Shown: positions 1 to 15,300, counted from the stretch's first letter. The stretch is 64,000 bases of DNA from Antedon mediterranea (GCF_964355755.1 NC_092676.1:22896871-22960870); one strand, 5' to 3'. Translations and numbers: made by a program. Notes: generated from the letters alone by a model not told the origin.

Positions 1-208
1 GAATTAGACCAGGAAAGTCTGTTTTCAATAAATAAAAACGCTCTGTGTTTTGTGAAACAAAATGCGGTTACTGTCGCCTGCCTACTCGATGTATAGCAAG
101 AGTAGTGGATTGTGCGGCACGTTTGTCCATTTTAAGAACGTATTCGTTCACACAATTGAAATAGTTATCAATAAAACACAATAGATGCACAGTCATTGGG
201 AAGTACCC

Positions 209-250
209 ATATAAACCACTAGCGAACCGGGTACTATTTGGATATCACTC
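209..250 (+). promoter_or_regulatory. Putative core promoter of gene 1 (TATA box plus Inr-like element)
   Basis: TATAAAA at ~210 is followed about 35 nt later by TCACT, upstream of the first ATGs (384/414/429). Motif match only. Confidence 0.3.
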
Positions 251-383
251 GATACGGTTGACTTGGTATGACTACTCAGGCTATTCACTTGTTAATGAAG
301 GTACTTTACCAATATCAGCTAAATAGTGGCCTACGAAGCTGAACTAATTCATTCAATACTACACACTACCCCAGAGCTGTCTG

Positions 384-3300
384 ATGACAACAAAACACAC
401 CCAATTATTGACAATGTCACAGGATAATATGCTTTTCAAGTTGGCCGTATGGTTGTCTCTTATATGTTTGGCATCTGGCACCTCCAATGGTGCTCTTGTA
501 GGAGCTTGTGTAGATTTAACACCGCAACACGGGGTTATCCCGCAAACATCAACGAGTCCATGGAATGTTTTAGCTAGTTCAACAACGTATACACCTGGAC
601 AAGAAATGACAGGTAAGTCAAAATATCAATCATTACATTGTCTGTAGGTCTACATCAAGCAATAACCACGATTTCAAGTGTATGTTAGAGTTTAGTTAAT
701 GTTAACATTAATGTAAATGTTTCTTAAAATATATAGTAGGCCGACATTTCTCAGTGTTATACTTCATTTATTTACCTTAATCGGTATTGGTATCATAATT
801 TTTCGTCACATTTCTATACAGTATATGTATTGATTATGTTTTTATTCTACAAATATTGTGGATTAGTTTTCAACTTCTTCGTAACAAATGATTACAATGT
901 AATCTGAATTCTTATTGCAGTAAAAATTTAATTACTAACAAAATCGATACTATTTTAATAGTTTGATATTTTATCATACAAATTATATTATGAAATTAAA
1001 AACATGATCTTAAATGTTCCAACAATGTAATATGTAGCTAAATGTCAAATGGAGGCGCTCTTCCATTTGTGAAATATTATGCTTGACATTACATATTTGT
1101 GAAAGGTTTACATGGTGAAGAAACAGCACTGTAGTACCAAGGATTTTATCGATAATTAAAATTGTTCAACATAATAGGGTACTACTGTATATATTACCAT
1201 ATGATTACAATAAGGCAGTATGCAGATATCTTAGCTACTAATAATATTGAATATTAAACGTGCATAGTATTTGTGATTTTACGTAGTAAGGTTTTGGTAC
1301 AATATTGAATCGTAAAGAAAGTAGTTATTGAGAATTTAGGTTTTTCTTTTTACATTTAGTACCTACATGTATAACATGGTGTACCGCAAACTTGCTAGTG
1401 GTTTGTATTATTTATGAACATCAAATAATGGTATATATTATCAGAAATCAAATATTTCGACAATTAAATTTGTGTTAATTATTTGTATCTACTGGTACTG
1501 TACCACACAATCTAAAAGCAATACCCATCATAAATTCATTTATAACAAAATACAAACAAACTTAAAGCCTTGGCTTAATGCGTCACACAATTATATTTAT
1601 TAATTTATGTTCTGTATTATATATTGTATATTGTAGTGTGTGAAATAATAAACATGAAAACTTGAAAATTTTTTAGAAATTATATAGGCCTAGTCCAATT
1701 TAACGATAGCATGACACATATTTGTCACTACAACCAAATCTCGTCATCTAATAGAAACAATTTAGTTATACGCTTAAATAACCCGGTGTATTGAAAACTT
1801 AACCACGCTTAGTGTGTACTAACAAGGACCTATTCATTTAAAACCCTTTCATTAAAAACACCAAAGGCGTCCTTCTTTTTATATACCCTAAACTAATAAT
1901 AGCCAACGTACCAGGCTCGAAGCTACCGTATATCTACTGTCAGAAGTCAGTCAACCAGTAATTATCCCCATTATTTAATATAGTGCACTTTTGACAATTC
2001 ACATATTTTTGGAAAATACGATTGCTGAAAACAATAATACCAAGATTATAGATTCGTTTTATTCTTCACTTGTTTAGTGCTGATATCGAATTTCAAGTTG
2101 AAAATGTATATTATGTATGCTAAAAATATAAAACAAAATTAAATATTTAAAAAATCTTATATGTTATAATAATGCATACCGTATAGTTTGGCTTTAATCT
2201 TTGTGCTAGTGTGACTTAACTGACGGAGTACAAACATGCATAGTTTTTCGTAGTAATTAATTGTTTAATTCCTTTTCTAATTTACATAACTAAATTCGGA
2301 AATAGAGCCGAAAATGATACCAATAATTCTTAACAGTATAAGTTTTTAGCTAAAATCGGCCAGATTAAGTTTTATCAATCGAAGTTTGAATAGAAAGTCT
2401 ATTTAAGATCCTAGACGGAAATAATAATATGCCTAATATCAAAGTTTGGATTTTTACTTAGAAAAGGGCAGATTGATAATCTTACCTCTTCTTTGTATCA
2501 TGGAGAAATAACTTATTTCTCCATGGTATCATGGAGAAATAAAACTTATTTCTCCATGTTTGTATTAAACATTTATTATTAATTAGTTAGCTGGTAGCAA
2601 TTGTGAACAAAAAAATTGGACAAATTAAAAAAGTAGTCCTTACAACTTTGATGAAGAAAAACCTAAAATAACAATAACATACAAGTAAGTTCTCTGTAGG
2701 CATAAGGTAGCCCGAAATTCAAGGTAAATAAACATAATCATCAAATAAATATTTATAAAAGCAACAATGTCATTTCCGTGAGTCAATTACAATGATGGTA
2801 CCGTCATCAAATAGTACGAGTTTGTGTAAGGTTGTAATCGCTTTAATACTAATCTAAGAGTCACGCCCACTTTTGTCCCTTTTCTTACAACACCAATAAT
2901 CGATAATGACGTCATTATTTGAAGGATGATTCTTACGTTGTTCTGTGAATTTAAATGTTAATACAAGTTACCACCGTACTTTGTTAAAGGTACTTCACAG
3001 TACACATTCCTCATTATTTACATAAATCACGGTTTTTGTTCGAGCCTATTGTGACTTTGTTTTCTATGGTTTCTTATTCCTACAATAGGATTAAGCAACA
3101 ATTTCTATGTGTCCCTACAAAAGGCTATTTCAGGTCATGTAGATTTTATTCAATCGTGGACCACTGTAGTCACTTTCATTCAAAAAGTTTAACCAGGCAA
3201 TACCGTACTTAAACTTAAGTAGTTTAATTAGTAAAACAATAAACGCGGTAAACTTTTCTAAAAACCGGACACCCTTGGGCTAACCCAAGTGTCTCTGCCC

Positions 3301-6300
3301 GTATTTCACACTAAGGCTAAAGGAAAATACTTTACCTGACAGTTAAAAAAAATATCACATCTATGTGACCATTTACAGGAAATCATTAACAAATGTTAGA
3401 GAATATAGCAGACCATTATTTCAGTATTATTGAATTTGTCACTTATAATAAAAATAAAAACACATTTGGCGCCGTTTTGTGGCCTTTAAACAATAACAAA
3501 TTATTTTAACATCGTATAACCCTAATATTATTAGAATACAATTTCAGTTTCTATCAGCTAAAAGTAGAAGCAAGTCATGGTTTCGGACCATTTTACAGTT
3601 ACCGCTGTAAATAGTTTGTCAGTATATGAATGGATGACTGGATAGCAGGAAGACTTCTAGTTGATTGGATCAAAATAGATAATTTAGCCTACTGTACATA
3701 ATTAATATAAATATACTAAATATTCAAAATCGAAAAATGAATTGAAAAGTTATTTATGGAGTAGAAAAATGGTGAGGTAATTATGAAAAAACCTAGCTAA
3801 AAATAAAGAAACATGATAGAACCATAATACCAAAAGGTATTCTGATAACATTTATCACGAACGAATTATTCTCAATAAATACTGGTTTTGTAAATTCAGT
3901 AAAATTAACAAAATATAATATGATCTATTGCTAAATATGTTATGTAATTGCCTCGTAATTCCACAGTTGTAAGTTATTGTTTTTTCCACTTTCTAGACCT
4001 TTGAAGTATACTTTCTTTCACCGGAAGTAGTGACATGTTTGTGGTTAAACCATTAAGCTTTTTTATGTAATCCCAGCATTGTTATGTCCCATAGACTGAA
4101 TGAATTAAACATTTTAAGGTTACAATGGTGGATTTTGTTTGAAGGACATAATTTGTTTATGAAATGATAATGATATACCAATAGAGATCACGTTTTCATT
4201 GTTAGTTCTTTATTATTTGTTTACTTATTATTGTTATGATGGCATGCGTCAAGACTCACGTCTGCACCGTGGATGATATTTGGTCAAGGATTGTGTCAAT
4301 TCCTATAGGCTCGGAGTAAAGCGTTGCATTTAGGCCTAAATTTTCTATGCATATTTTTTATCTTGCTTTTCAAGGAATGAAAGCAATTTGTTCTTCCTTT
4401 TTCGTTTTTTTCTTTCTTTTTCTTTCAATTTTTATTCGTTTTCTTTCTTAATTTGTTCTTCCTTTTTATTCATTACTTTTATTTTTCATTATTTTCATGT
4501 TGTTATTTTAATTTTTTTTCGTTTTTTAAAACTTTATTCCTTTTCCTTTTTATTCCTTTTCCTTTTCATCGTTTTCCTTCAAATTCAATTGTATTTATCT
4601 TATAATCATTGTATCTTATAGTTACCATTCAAGCAACTGGAAGTCAACAATATAAGGGAATACTTCTACAGGCTCGTACTGTGAGTTCTACCACGCCTGT
4701 TGGAACATGGACGACGGATGTGACAAATACACGACAGATGACTTGTTCAAATACGGCAGACGGTATAACTCACTCGTTTTCTACTGCGAAGCCATTGAAT
4801 ACAAGTTTTACTTGGTTGCCACCCTCAACAAGCGTTGGAACTATACAATTCCAGTAAGTTGTCAAAATTGTGACTTTATTTTGTTAGGATGTTATACTAC
4901 ACTGTTCGAAACAATTTCTAGAGGTGTGATGTCATAAGAATAGGTCAATTTGTTTGGCCCCTGTTATTGCTATGCAAGATCTGATTCTGTGCTAATAGCA
5001 CCAAATGTTGCTTATTAATTTTATTGTTATTTCAATTATTATAATAATAATTGATTAATATTAATATGTTTTTAATTACAGTGCAACGTTTGTGGAGAGT
5101 TATTCAGTCTACTGGGTGGATACTACATCAGAAAATGTTACAGGTATAAGAATCATATTATTACATTATATATCACTATTGTTAATGAAGGGAAATCTAT
5201 TTTTTGGCTTATTATTACAATTTATTATTTAAACTCACCGAAGAATATACCTCCTGTTCAAAACATAGTCTACTCGCAAATCAGGGAAAAGATGATTTTG
5301 ATTTGTATCATATTCACAATCTTAAATACCATATACATGGCATGGTTTGTACTATGAACTTAATTTAACAAATATAATATTGTCGAACATGACTTTATCA
5401 TTGAATATATTAAGGTACAGCATGAATATTATAGATACTAGTTCATTTAAATCATGTTCATTTTGTTTATAAGATTACCTATGTGTTAATGTAATGTGCT
5501 TGAATGAAGCGGTTTGTATCGGTGGAGCTTGTAATTGCGACGGTACCGGGTACACAGGTTCAACATGCCAGACACGTGAGTACATCACATCAGTATTGTG
5601 ATAAATACACAATCACACAATGACGTATTCAAAACATATCTTTGCTCATCAATCAAATGATTGATGAGAACTGGTATAGCGCCAATATTATTTAAATTGA
5701 AATAAACATTAAAAAAATACATTCAAAAAATTAATAGATATAAAGATGTAATGAATACAATTCTTATAATACAGAGATCAATGAGTGTGCAAGTAACCCA
5801 TGTCTTAATGAAGGTGTGTGCGTAGACGAAACCAACAGATTTACATGCGTCTGTCCATCCGGGTACTCGGGTGACCGATGTGAAAGCCAAAGCAGTAAGT
5901 CAACTATAAATATAGACTATGGTTACCTGTTTTCATCAGTTGCAAATCGTCTATGTAAAACACATCAGTTAAACAGTGTATTTTCTTAGATTTGTTAATG
6001 TTTTGTTGCCTTTAGGCGGTGTGGTTTGAACACAGTGCAAGGACGTAAGCGCAACTCAATCTTGCGTCCTTACATTGCGTTCTATAGTGGGAACGAAGCT
6101 TTAACTCTTGCTTATTTTTTTACAGATACCAATGTATGCGCGAGTATGCCATGTCTTAACGGAGGTATATGCATAAACGAGACCAATGAATTTACGTGCG
6201 TTTGTCCATCTGGATACTCAGGCAACCGGTGCGAAAGTGAGTAGATTATTAGATATTATTCTGTGCCTGTGTTTATATATATAAAAATATAGAAATCCTC

Positions 6301-9300
6301 ATCTGTATCGTTTCAAATTAATTAATTAAATTTCAGTATATCACCGGCTGGTTTAGAATTAATTATACTGAAATTTAATTAATTGATTTGAAACGATAAA
6401 GATGAGGAAATCTGTGAGAATGAGAAAAAGTCGAATACCTGATAAAACCGTAATTGAAAGAGTTTATACTTAATATTTTGTCCTTTAAAAAAATTATCCA
6501 TGGTTTTTTCAGTTGATACATGCTCTAGTAATCCATGTCTAAATGGAGGTATATGCACAGCAGATACCAGCGGATTCACGTGTATTTGTCCATCTGGATT
6601 CACAGGCAACCAATGTGAGACAACACAAAGTGAGTGAATACTAATAATATCCTGGATTTATAGCGCCTAATGTTGTGAATCCTCTCTAAGCGCTGAACAG
6701 TATTACCCCAGTAATTTTTAGTCGCGTGGAAGCGACTCTATAGTTCACTATGTCGGTCGGTTGGTCGGTCTGTCTGTCTGTCTGTCTGTCTGTCGGTCTG
6801 TCTGTCTGTCGGTCTGTCTGTCTGTCGGTCTGTCGGTCCAGTATCACTATGCGTTTTATCGCTTTCTGACCTTATCTTGATATCAGTTTAATCTAGCTAG
6901 GTCAATTTTTCACAGTATATTCCTTATGGCCAGGAATCAATGTGGTTATGTTTTCACGGTGCGCAATAAAAAATTACGCGGTCTACGCACGATTTAACGA
7001 AATCACGTTTGTAATCATATCTTCACAACCATGAATCACAATTAAATAAAATTTGGTACTCATAAATTTCAGGGCATAAATCATCATATGGCAATACAAT
7101 TACGTGCGTAGCGCATGTAACGCATGCGTACGCGCGCTTAAAATTTTCAAAATTTATTTTCGATGAAATAAGAGTACGTTTCAGGCAATTTTAAGCGTTT
7201 ACAAAATTGCCATGAGTGCGCATATTTTTGCGCGCGCACTGCGCGTTAAATGTTATTGCGCACTCTTTTTGCCCGATTTCTGTTTTCTTGACTTACTTTT
7301 CAACTCGAAATTACGTTATACGAGCACGTCAAAAGTGACAGGCTACGCACGTGTAAATTAAAAAAATATAAATGTTTTTAAACATTTCAACATTTTTAAA
7401 CATGTTCAGTAATTTCGGTCAGTATAGTTCACTATGTCGGTCTGTCTGTCTGTCGGTCTGTCGGTCTGTCTGTCGGTCTGTCGGTCTGTCTGTCGGTCCG
7501 GTATCACTATGCATTGTAGCACGCGACTTAATGGCTGTTGACCTTGTTTTGGATCAAAGACGTATGGAAATACATTCCCATAATGCATCTAGTAATCAGC
7601 GCAAAGTTGTGTCTTGATCTTAACGGGTACCCATTTATACACCTGGGTGGAGAGAGACGAACGTAAGTAAAGTGTCTTGCTACGGATACAAGCAATGAAT
7701 ACATGTCTACGGTACCCGTTTCCATCGATTACAACAACTTCTTTTTTCAAACACTTAATAAATACGCGAGATCAGCAAGATTTATGTGTGCTTTTTCCAT
7801 CCTGATTCTCGGGCGATCCCCGAAGAGAAATAACAGTACTCGTTTTCAATAAATGACAGCCCCTATGTGCACAAATTACACGTAGTGTAGTTTTCCTAGA
7901 TATTTCAATATTTTTACTCATCCCTATTTAGATGTATACTTAATATCAATGATTCGAGCATGCCTTACCGGAAGGTAGGGTACCGGTAGCCTATAATGCT
8001 TAAGTGAGACTAGTTTTCCGTTTTATCTTTATATGTACGTAGAGATCACCCCACGTTTACAGTGTAAAAATATAATTATAGAAACAAATTGTGTAATCAT
8101 ATGTTAAGAAAGAACAAATTAATGATAGATTAAATGGTATTTTTAAATTTCTAGCATCTGCTGGATGTCCAGAAGGTTTTTGTTTGAACGGCGGTGTCTG
8201 TGATACTTCTTCAGAATCACCTACTTGCACGTGTCCAGTGGCATGGACAGGAAATAGCTGCGAAACAGGTATTTTTAATTACATTATCTTCAACGATACG
8301 ATACAATCCCGCATGATAAAAAAACTCTATAATAATATTCTGTGACGTTTGGTACTGTTACCTCTCATAGAACATCCCCCAGTATAACAACAACGTGACA
8401 TGGTATTAACAGATTAAATATAATGATTTTCATTACTTGTAATTTTGAATACCACAATGAATTAATTGATAGTTATGTTTATTTTTATCTGGTAAAACTA
8501 GTTCAGAAACATTATTACTTACGAAAACTGGAAAAGACCTTTCTACGTTTTACTTCCCGACAACTCCCAGTCCATTCAGCTGTAAATGAGTACCTGGTTG
8601 AAAATACTAGGGAGGATAAAGCCGGCGGCGTGGAAATGCCTAGGCTTAGTATAATGAGCTCCTAACAGCTCATTCCCCTACGTTCAGAATGAACACGTCG
8701 AAACTCATTACATTATATTGAGACTTTGTCAAAAAACATAATCAATTTCTATTTTAGATGTTAATGAGTGCGATAGTGGCCCTTGCCTAAATGGAGCTGC
8801 CTGCTTTCATGGCATTGGACAAAGTGTTTACCAGTGCGTATGCCAATCCGGGTTTTCTGGTACAAACTGTCAAATTGGTGGCCCTGATCAGACAACACCA
8901 ACAGGTAAGGTATTGTTTTTGCTCGATTGCTTGCAATGTTCTGATGTATGTAATATCGATGAAAAATGTGAGGTTTCTCCATAAAATTAGTCTCCTTGTT
9001 CATAATGTAAATTAAAAACTTAATTGATATTTAACAAAGGCAAGTAATAAACCTAACTTTATTCTTAGCTTAATACTTTTATGTTGTTTCTAAAATGTAA
9101 TTTTCTAAATAAATTCATTCTAAGATCCAATTATTATCCTTATAATGTCTTGGCTGTGATGGCACTGGTAGGAATTGTATGTAGAATTATAATCCAAAGT
9201 CATTATCTGAAACTTCACAGCACTTTTTCTGTCATAAATTCTCACATAAAGTTACTTTACACATTTTAAAATTTTTTTCATATTTCATGGTTATTTAAAA

Positions 9301-12300
9301 ATGTCTGCGACGATATTTTACTCTCCGCTACCTTTATATAAACACCAATGCAGAAGGGGAAAAACAAGAATATACTAACACATTTTCATTCATTTTACAT
9401 ACAGTACCAACGCCTCAACCGACCACATTACAACCGACACCAGATCCGTGTTCTACAACAGTCTGCTTCAATGGTGGACTATGTGTGAACGGGAATTGCA
9501 TTTGCCCACAGGGCTACAGTGGTCAAAATTGCGAAATAGGTAGGACTATGTATAATTTACAGATTCCCCATATCACCTGAAGGTAGAATTCACTTTCAGA
9601 AGAGGCTTGTGTATTTTCAAATTCTAGTACTGTAAATTAACAGTGACGGTGTAACTTAAATATCAATTAGAACAAGTCCAGTCGCCTAAAAAATATATAT
9701 TTCAGTTAAATTTAGCTAAATAGATCTGAAGAACACAATGAAATAATGAATAGTGGTTTTGATGTCGTAAGATTATGTTCAGACTTAACATAAGTGTTTA
9801 ATTCAGGAATTGGGTATAGTAGCATGTGCAGTTTATAACTAAAATAAAGTCTATGGATATATGGAACTAGTTGAGTGGAACCACAATTGTTTTAAAAGTA
9901 ATAGTCTTTCTTTTTTAGATGAATGTGCCCAGTTAAATTGCCAAAACGGTGGTATGTGTGCGTTTGGCCGATGCGAGTGTCCATCTGGTTTCATTGGAAC
10001 GTTTTGTGAAATTGGTAAGCATCAATTTAATTTTTATTTTCAGGCTTTCACTGCTTTAAATCATTTCATGGTTAATGTGGATATATATTTTATTACTGTA
10101 TGTCGATGGCTGTTGTTATTTCTAACCTTTTTTTATATATAAAAGAATACATTTAATAATTGTAGTACCACAAATAAATACAATACATGAATACAATGTC
10201 AACTTTTGAAGTAGTTAATAATTCTAACATATATTTATTTTGTATTTTTGTAGATATATGTGCAGGTTTGAACTGTGGAAATGGTGCTACATGCCAGGCA
10301 GATGAGGAGGACAACTTTATGTGTGTATGCCCTGCTGGGTACAGTGGATCCGACTGTATGGTCGGTAAGTTATTAGTATGTCTAATACTACTGGTAAAGG
10401 TTACAGCAAAAATTGAATCGTTTTCACTAAACTTGTTTTTCCACTAGCCGAATCTGTACATTCATTCACACGAATCGAACGTTAATTAACTCTGATTGCT
10501 TGCCTTTTGCCTGCATCCATCGTTGGTGCTTACAGAGAAGTTATCCTCATCTTCCCACTTCCTCTTTCTCTGGGAGGATTTGTTACATTTGCAGACAACA
10601 AAATTGATTGGTTGGTTTATTTTGTTTCTATTTCGGCACCACTATTTGCATCACAAAGAGATGAAAATACAAATGTGATTATACAGCTTTGGATTCGCCT
10701 AGTGGAGAAAACATTATTCACATCACACTAACCGTTATTATTAGAGGGACGTAAAAAGGTAGAGATATCGCTTTTTTAGTACTCTATTAAATGCATGCTT
10801 CCATTTCGGTGACAGTTTTCCTACTTCGTAACTTTACTATCCTATGCATGCCAAATAGATGAGTGTGATGAGCTTAACTGTGAAAACGGTGCCCTCTGTG
10901 TTCAAAATGAGAATGGTGTTATGGAGTGTGAATGTCCTGCTGGTTATACGGGTGAAACTTGTTCTATGAGTAAGTAAAAGAATCTTTTCAAAGTGATTTA
11001 TTGGAAGAATTTCAACCTACTGTAACCCTTTACTGCGCATGTCTGGGCAAAAGCTACTTTTTTTACAATTCTATTCATTTATGCATTTGTGCCTTCATAA
11101 ATATATTTTAAAAACTGCTTTAAAGTTGATGGCATATATACAATTTTAAAATTTGTTGATTATCACAATTTCAAGTTTGTAAAGTAATTATAGACTATAG
11201 CTTGCATATCTCTTCAATCACCATATTAGGCGCATAGAATGCATTAATTAAATTATTATGGGCACAGCACAGCACTCTCAAAATTTAGCTTATCGTACAA
11301 TAAATGAGTTTGAAGCAAAACACAATTTATAAAGATCTACCTTGTGATAGTTTCTGTCAATTTGTTAAAAACTATGACAAGGCAAAAACATGTTAATTTA
11401 TTGATCAGTCACATTAATTGCAAATTTCAACTCAAGTTTCCATTAAATCTTCAATACAATTTAATCCTTAATGCAATCTTTAATTTAATCTTAAATGTAA
11501 TAGTCAATTCTATATTCTATTCAAACTTTAATTTGATCTTAAATTCAATCTTTAATTTAATCTTAAATTCAATATTAAATTCAGTCTTTAGGTCAATCTT
11601 CAATACAATCTTCAATACAATCTTCAATTCGATCTTCAATTCAATCTTAAATTCAATCTTAAATTCAATCTTAAATTCAGTCTTTAGGTCAATCTTAAAT
11701 TCAATCTAATACAGAAATTACTTGAATGTACTTTAAACTGGCTGATAATTAATTTGTTAATTTTTGAATTAAGTTGACGCTTGTTATGGATTTGCGTGCA
11801 ATGGTGACTGTGCCGTCGATGTTAATGGTAACCCAGTATGCATCTGTCGACCAGGGTACAGCGGCGGTAACTGTACAACCAGTAAGTTCTGGTTATAATA
11901 GTAATCTAAAATGCATACTTAAAAAAACAAATTGTAATTAAAACGTTTTTCTAGTGAATTCATTTTGAAGAAAAGATGCAAAAAAACTGTATATTCACCA
12001 GAACCAAACCTACACAATAATACACCTGCAACAAGAATCACTGCCACTGGGCCACCATCACTTAGCCAAAACGTTACCAACACTAAACCCACCACCACAA
12101 GTAACGATAAATAAGACCTCACGATTAACTCACCAATAGCACCACTTTTAAACTTATGTATGTATTTTTATGTAACTTTAAATAATGTATCGATTTGAAA
12201 ATGGTAATGATAATACTTTCCAGATTATCTTGGTTGGGATGTATTCCTTTTATTCCATATTCTTTTATCTTTACAGTTTTTCACAGATTTTAAAAAATAT

Positions 12301-15300
12301 TCTATTTTCCTTAGGCGTATGTGATGGAGTTGTTTGTGGAGATGGATTTACATGTGAAATTGACAGCAGCGGAAATGCGTATTGCGATGAAGACGGTAAG
12401 AAGATAATCTCAATAAATATTTAGATATTTATTTTTGATTTTTACAAAATGTTACAACATTATTTTGTTGCTGATTACAAAAAAATCAAAGATTACCGTA
12501 ATTCATTTACACACAGCATACATTTTATTATTATTATTATTATTAGAGACATGCTTCAATAATACATTTCCTAAATGTATCAACACATTTCTTTGTATCT
12601 TTCTGGGATCCTACCTTCTTCCTCCCCGTCCCCAGATTTATTGTTATTTGTATATGTTATTCCTTATTTATTCCATTATTGTTTCAATCTTAAAAGGAAG
12701 TAAATAAATGCTATTTTGAATTTAATCGAAATTGAATTTGTTCGTCATATTCAAAAAGTGTTGCTTGAGAAAGCCAAATTGGAGGTAATACACTGTGACT
12801 AGGACATAACTGTAGTAAAATAAAACATATTATTATAATTCCATTCGTAGAGGTAGAACCAGAGTGTGATGAATTATCATGTGGACCTGGAGTGTGTGTC
12901 AGAGATGCTGTCACTGGGGTTGCTGCATGCAGTTGCCCTCTAGGATACTTTGGTCCAAGCTGTGAAAGAAGTAAGTTTCGTTTTTTAATCATTCTAATAA
13001 AATAACAAAATTACTATGAAATAACACAAAAATTACCAAAACTAGGCTTACTTAAATTAATTACTAATACAACATAACCAATTCTTCTTTTATATTTATA
13101 CATTTCTGTTTATGTTGTTCTCTTTCTAATATAAACCTAAATTAATAAATTTAATATTTTGTAAAAAATAAGTTGTACAACCATATTGTTTTTATTAAGA
13201 CGTTAGTTTTTCTAAAAAAAATTTTCTGAATTTATAAAATGATATTCGTAAGTAACATGCGTGCAAATTTGAGGTTTTGGTAAATATATCTTAATACTAA
13301 ACGTCGTATGTAAGAGGCTAATATCTTTGGCGCTTATAACATGCTTCTATTAACGAAACATTAACATTATCAGGTGGTTGTGAGAATTATATTTGCATAA
13401 ATGGTAACTGTAGCATTAACAATGACGGCAATGCAGAATGTGTGTGTAAATCTGGCTATAATGGAAGTTACTGTGGGAACAGTGAGTTATAGTTTGCATC
13501 TTACATTTTTAGAGAACCATAGGCCTACTATGGCACTTAAAACAGTGGTTGACCAGTGGTCAATGGTTATTTTAACATAGTGTGTCGCATAACTCTCGCT
13601 ACTACGTATACGGTACGTATGATCTGTAAGGCTTAGGGCCACGATTCACGCTTAACACCTGGGTCTACGTAGCAGAATAAGGGTATGTTTATGAGCTGTT
13701 TTTTTGGGAGAAAGGTTGCCTTACAAATCTCACAAACTAACAAACCATATATAATCAAATTCAATAAATGAATAGAATTACCATAACACAGTTTAACACA
13801 AGTATTTATTAACATTTCTACTACGAGGTAACTTAGCAGCTGTAGTACAGCAGTACTACATCAGTAGAGCTTACTTGGATAAGCATAATATAGCACGTTT
13901 TTCTGTAGAATATATATTGCTGTACATTGTACAGTAGAATTAATTATATTTCCAATTGAATTGTAGAAAACCAAAACCACCATGCATTTTAATCACTATA
14001 ATATTTTAATAATAATGATATCATCAGGTACCTGTGACAATAAATTCTGCATAAATGGCGACTGTTACGTCGATATGAACGGGAACCCGCAATGTCCATG
14101 TCCAGACGGTTACACAGGACTTGATTGCCAAACTCGTACGTATAAATGCATCACATCTTTTAAAATAATTCCACTAAGCACTGTGTTTATGAAATCAAAC
14201 CCATTTACCTATGCATTATGCCTCTCCCATAGAGGTAAAATGATTCCAGTGAATCCATTTTAAAAAATACAAATATTATATTGACACAACCTAAATTCAG
14301 AAATGACTAATTCTTCCATCAATTCTAATTTAATTGACGTTAATTGTGTTACATATCTATACTTATTTTAGCTACTACATGTGCGGATATTACATGCTAC
14401 AACGGCGGCGTATGTATTGCTTCAGAAGATTACGCTAGATGTGATTGCCCAGAAGGATTCACTGGTGACACGTGTCTCGATAGTAAGTAATTTAATTGCA
14501 ACTAAAGCAACGCTAATGACGTCGTCCATCGAGGGTAGAAAACCCGAGAACTAGATGGCATTATAGACGAGTATGTTATAAGAATGTGTCTAAATAATAA
14601 TAATATTTATTTAATTTTCTTTTGAAAATGGTCAATTTTTTTGTTTTTCTAAACGTCTAAGAAATACGTAAATAGGTAAGTAAGTAAAATAAATGTTCAC
14701 TAATGCTTGCATTTCAATCTTAGTTGACGTTGATGAAGATAACTGTACAAATATCACTTGTAACAATGGCGGTGAATGTCGTATGGAGACAGATGGTGAA
14801 GCTAGGTGTTATTGTACAGAGGGTTACACCGGGGAATATTGTGACGATCGTAAGTAATAAAAATCATTAACACTAATATATTTGTTTTAAAAATAAGGTT
14901 TTACAGTTTTCATAGTTTAACTCATTTCTTTCTGTTATTAATTTGACAAACATTCAAATCAACAATTGCAAAAGAAAACAAAATCTTATGATACAGTACC
15001 CTACAGCTGTTGAATAATTGGCATTTTTGGTTCGTTATTTTTGTTAGCGCCCTCTATATTGATATATGAATGTGGATGAATTTATAATTATTATTGTAAT
15101 TATAGAATTTAAACTTTCAGTAGAATAATATTTTGTAAGAAAATTAAATAGAGTTCAGTTTCCGTCATATTTGTTTTGAATTTTAAAAGTTGAAGTGCCC
15201 CCTCTATATCGTCACACATTTTGGTTCACGTTAACTGTTGAGCGCCCTCTATATCGACACAAATTCAGTTCAACTTTTTATTGTAATAATAAAGTTTAGA

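Noticed and set aside
4388-4621. Phe-rich 77-aa ORF (and the similar start of ORF 53033)
   Set aside because: It is a translation of T-rich low-complexity intron upstream of an acceptor site.
7372-7617. ORFs with SVCL/DRQT repeats (also 17747-17977)
   Set aside because: They are translations of the CTGT/CGGT microsatellite in HINE elements.
8550-8700. GC-richer patch containing CAGCTGTAAATGAGTACCTGG
   Set aside because: It resembles a SINE central fragment, but no boundaries, pol III boxes or TSD could be defined.
11344-11709. 121-aa ORF with NSIL repeats
   Set aside because: It is a product of the 12-bp minisatellite.
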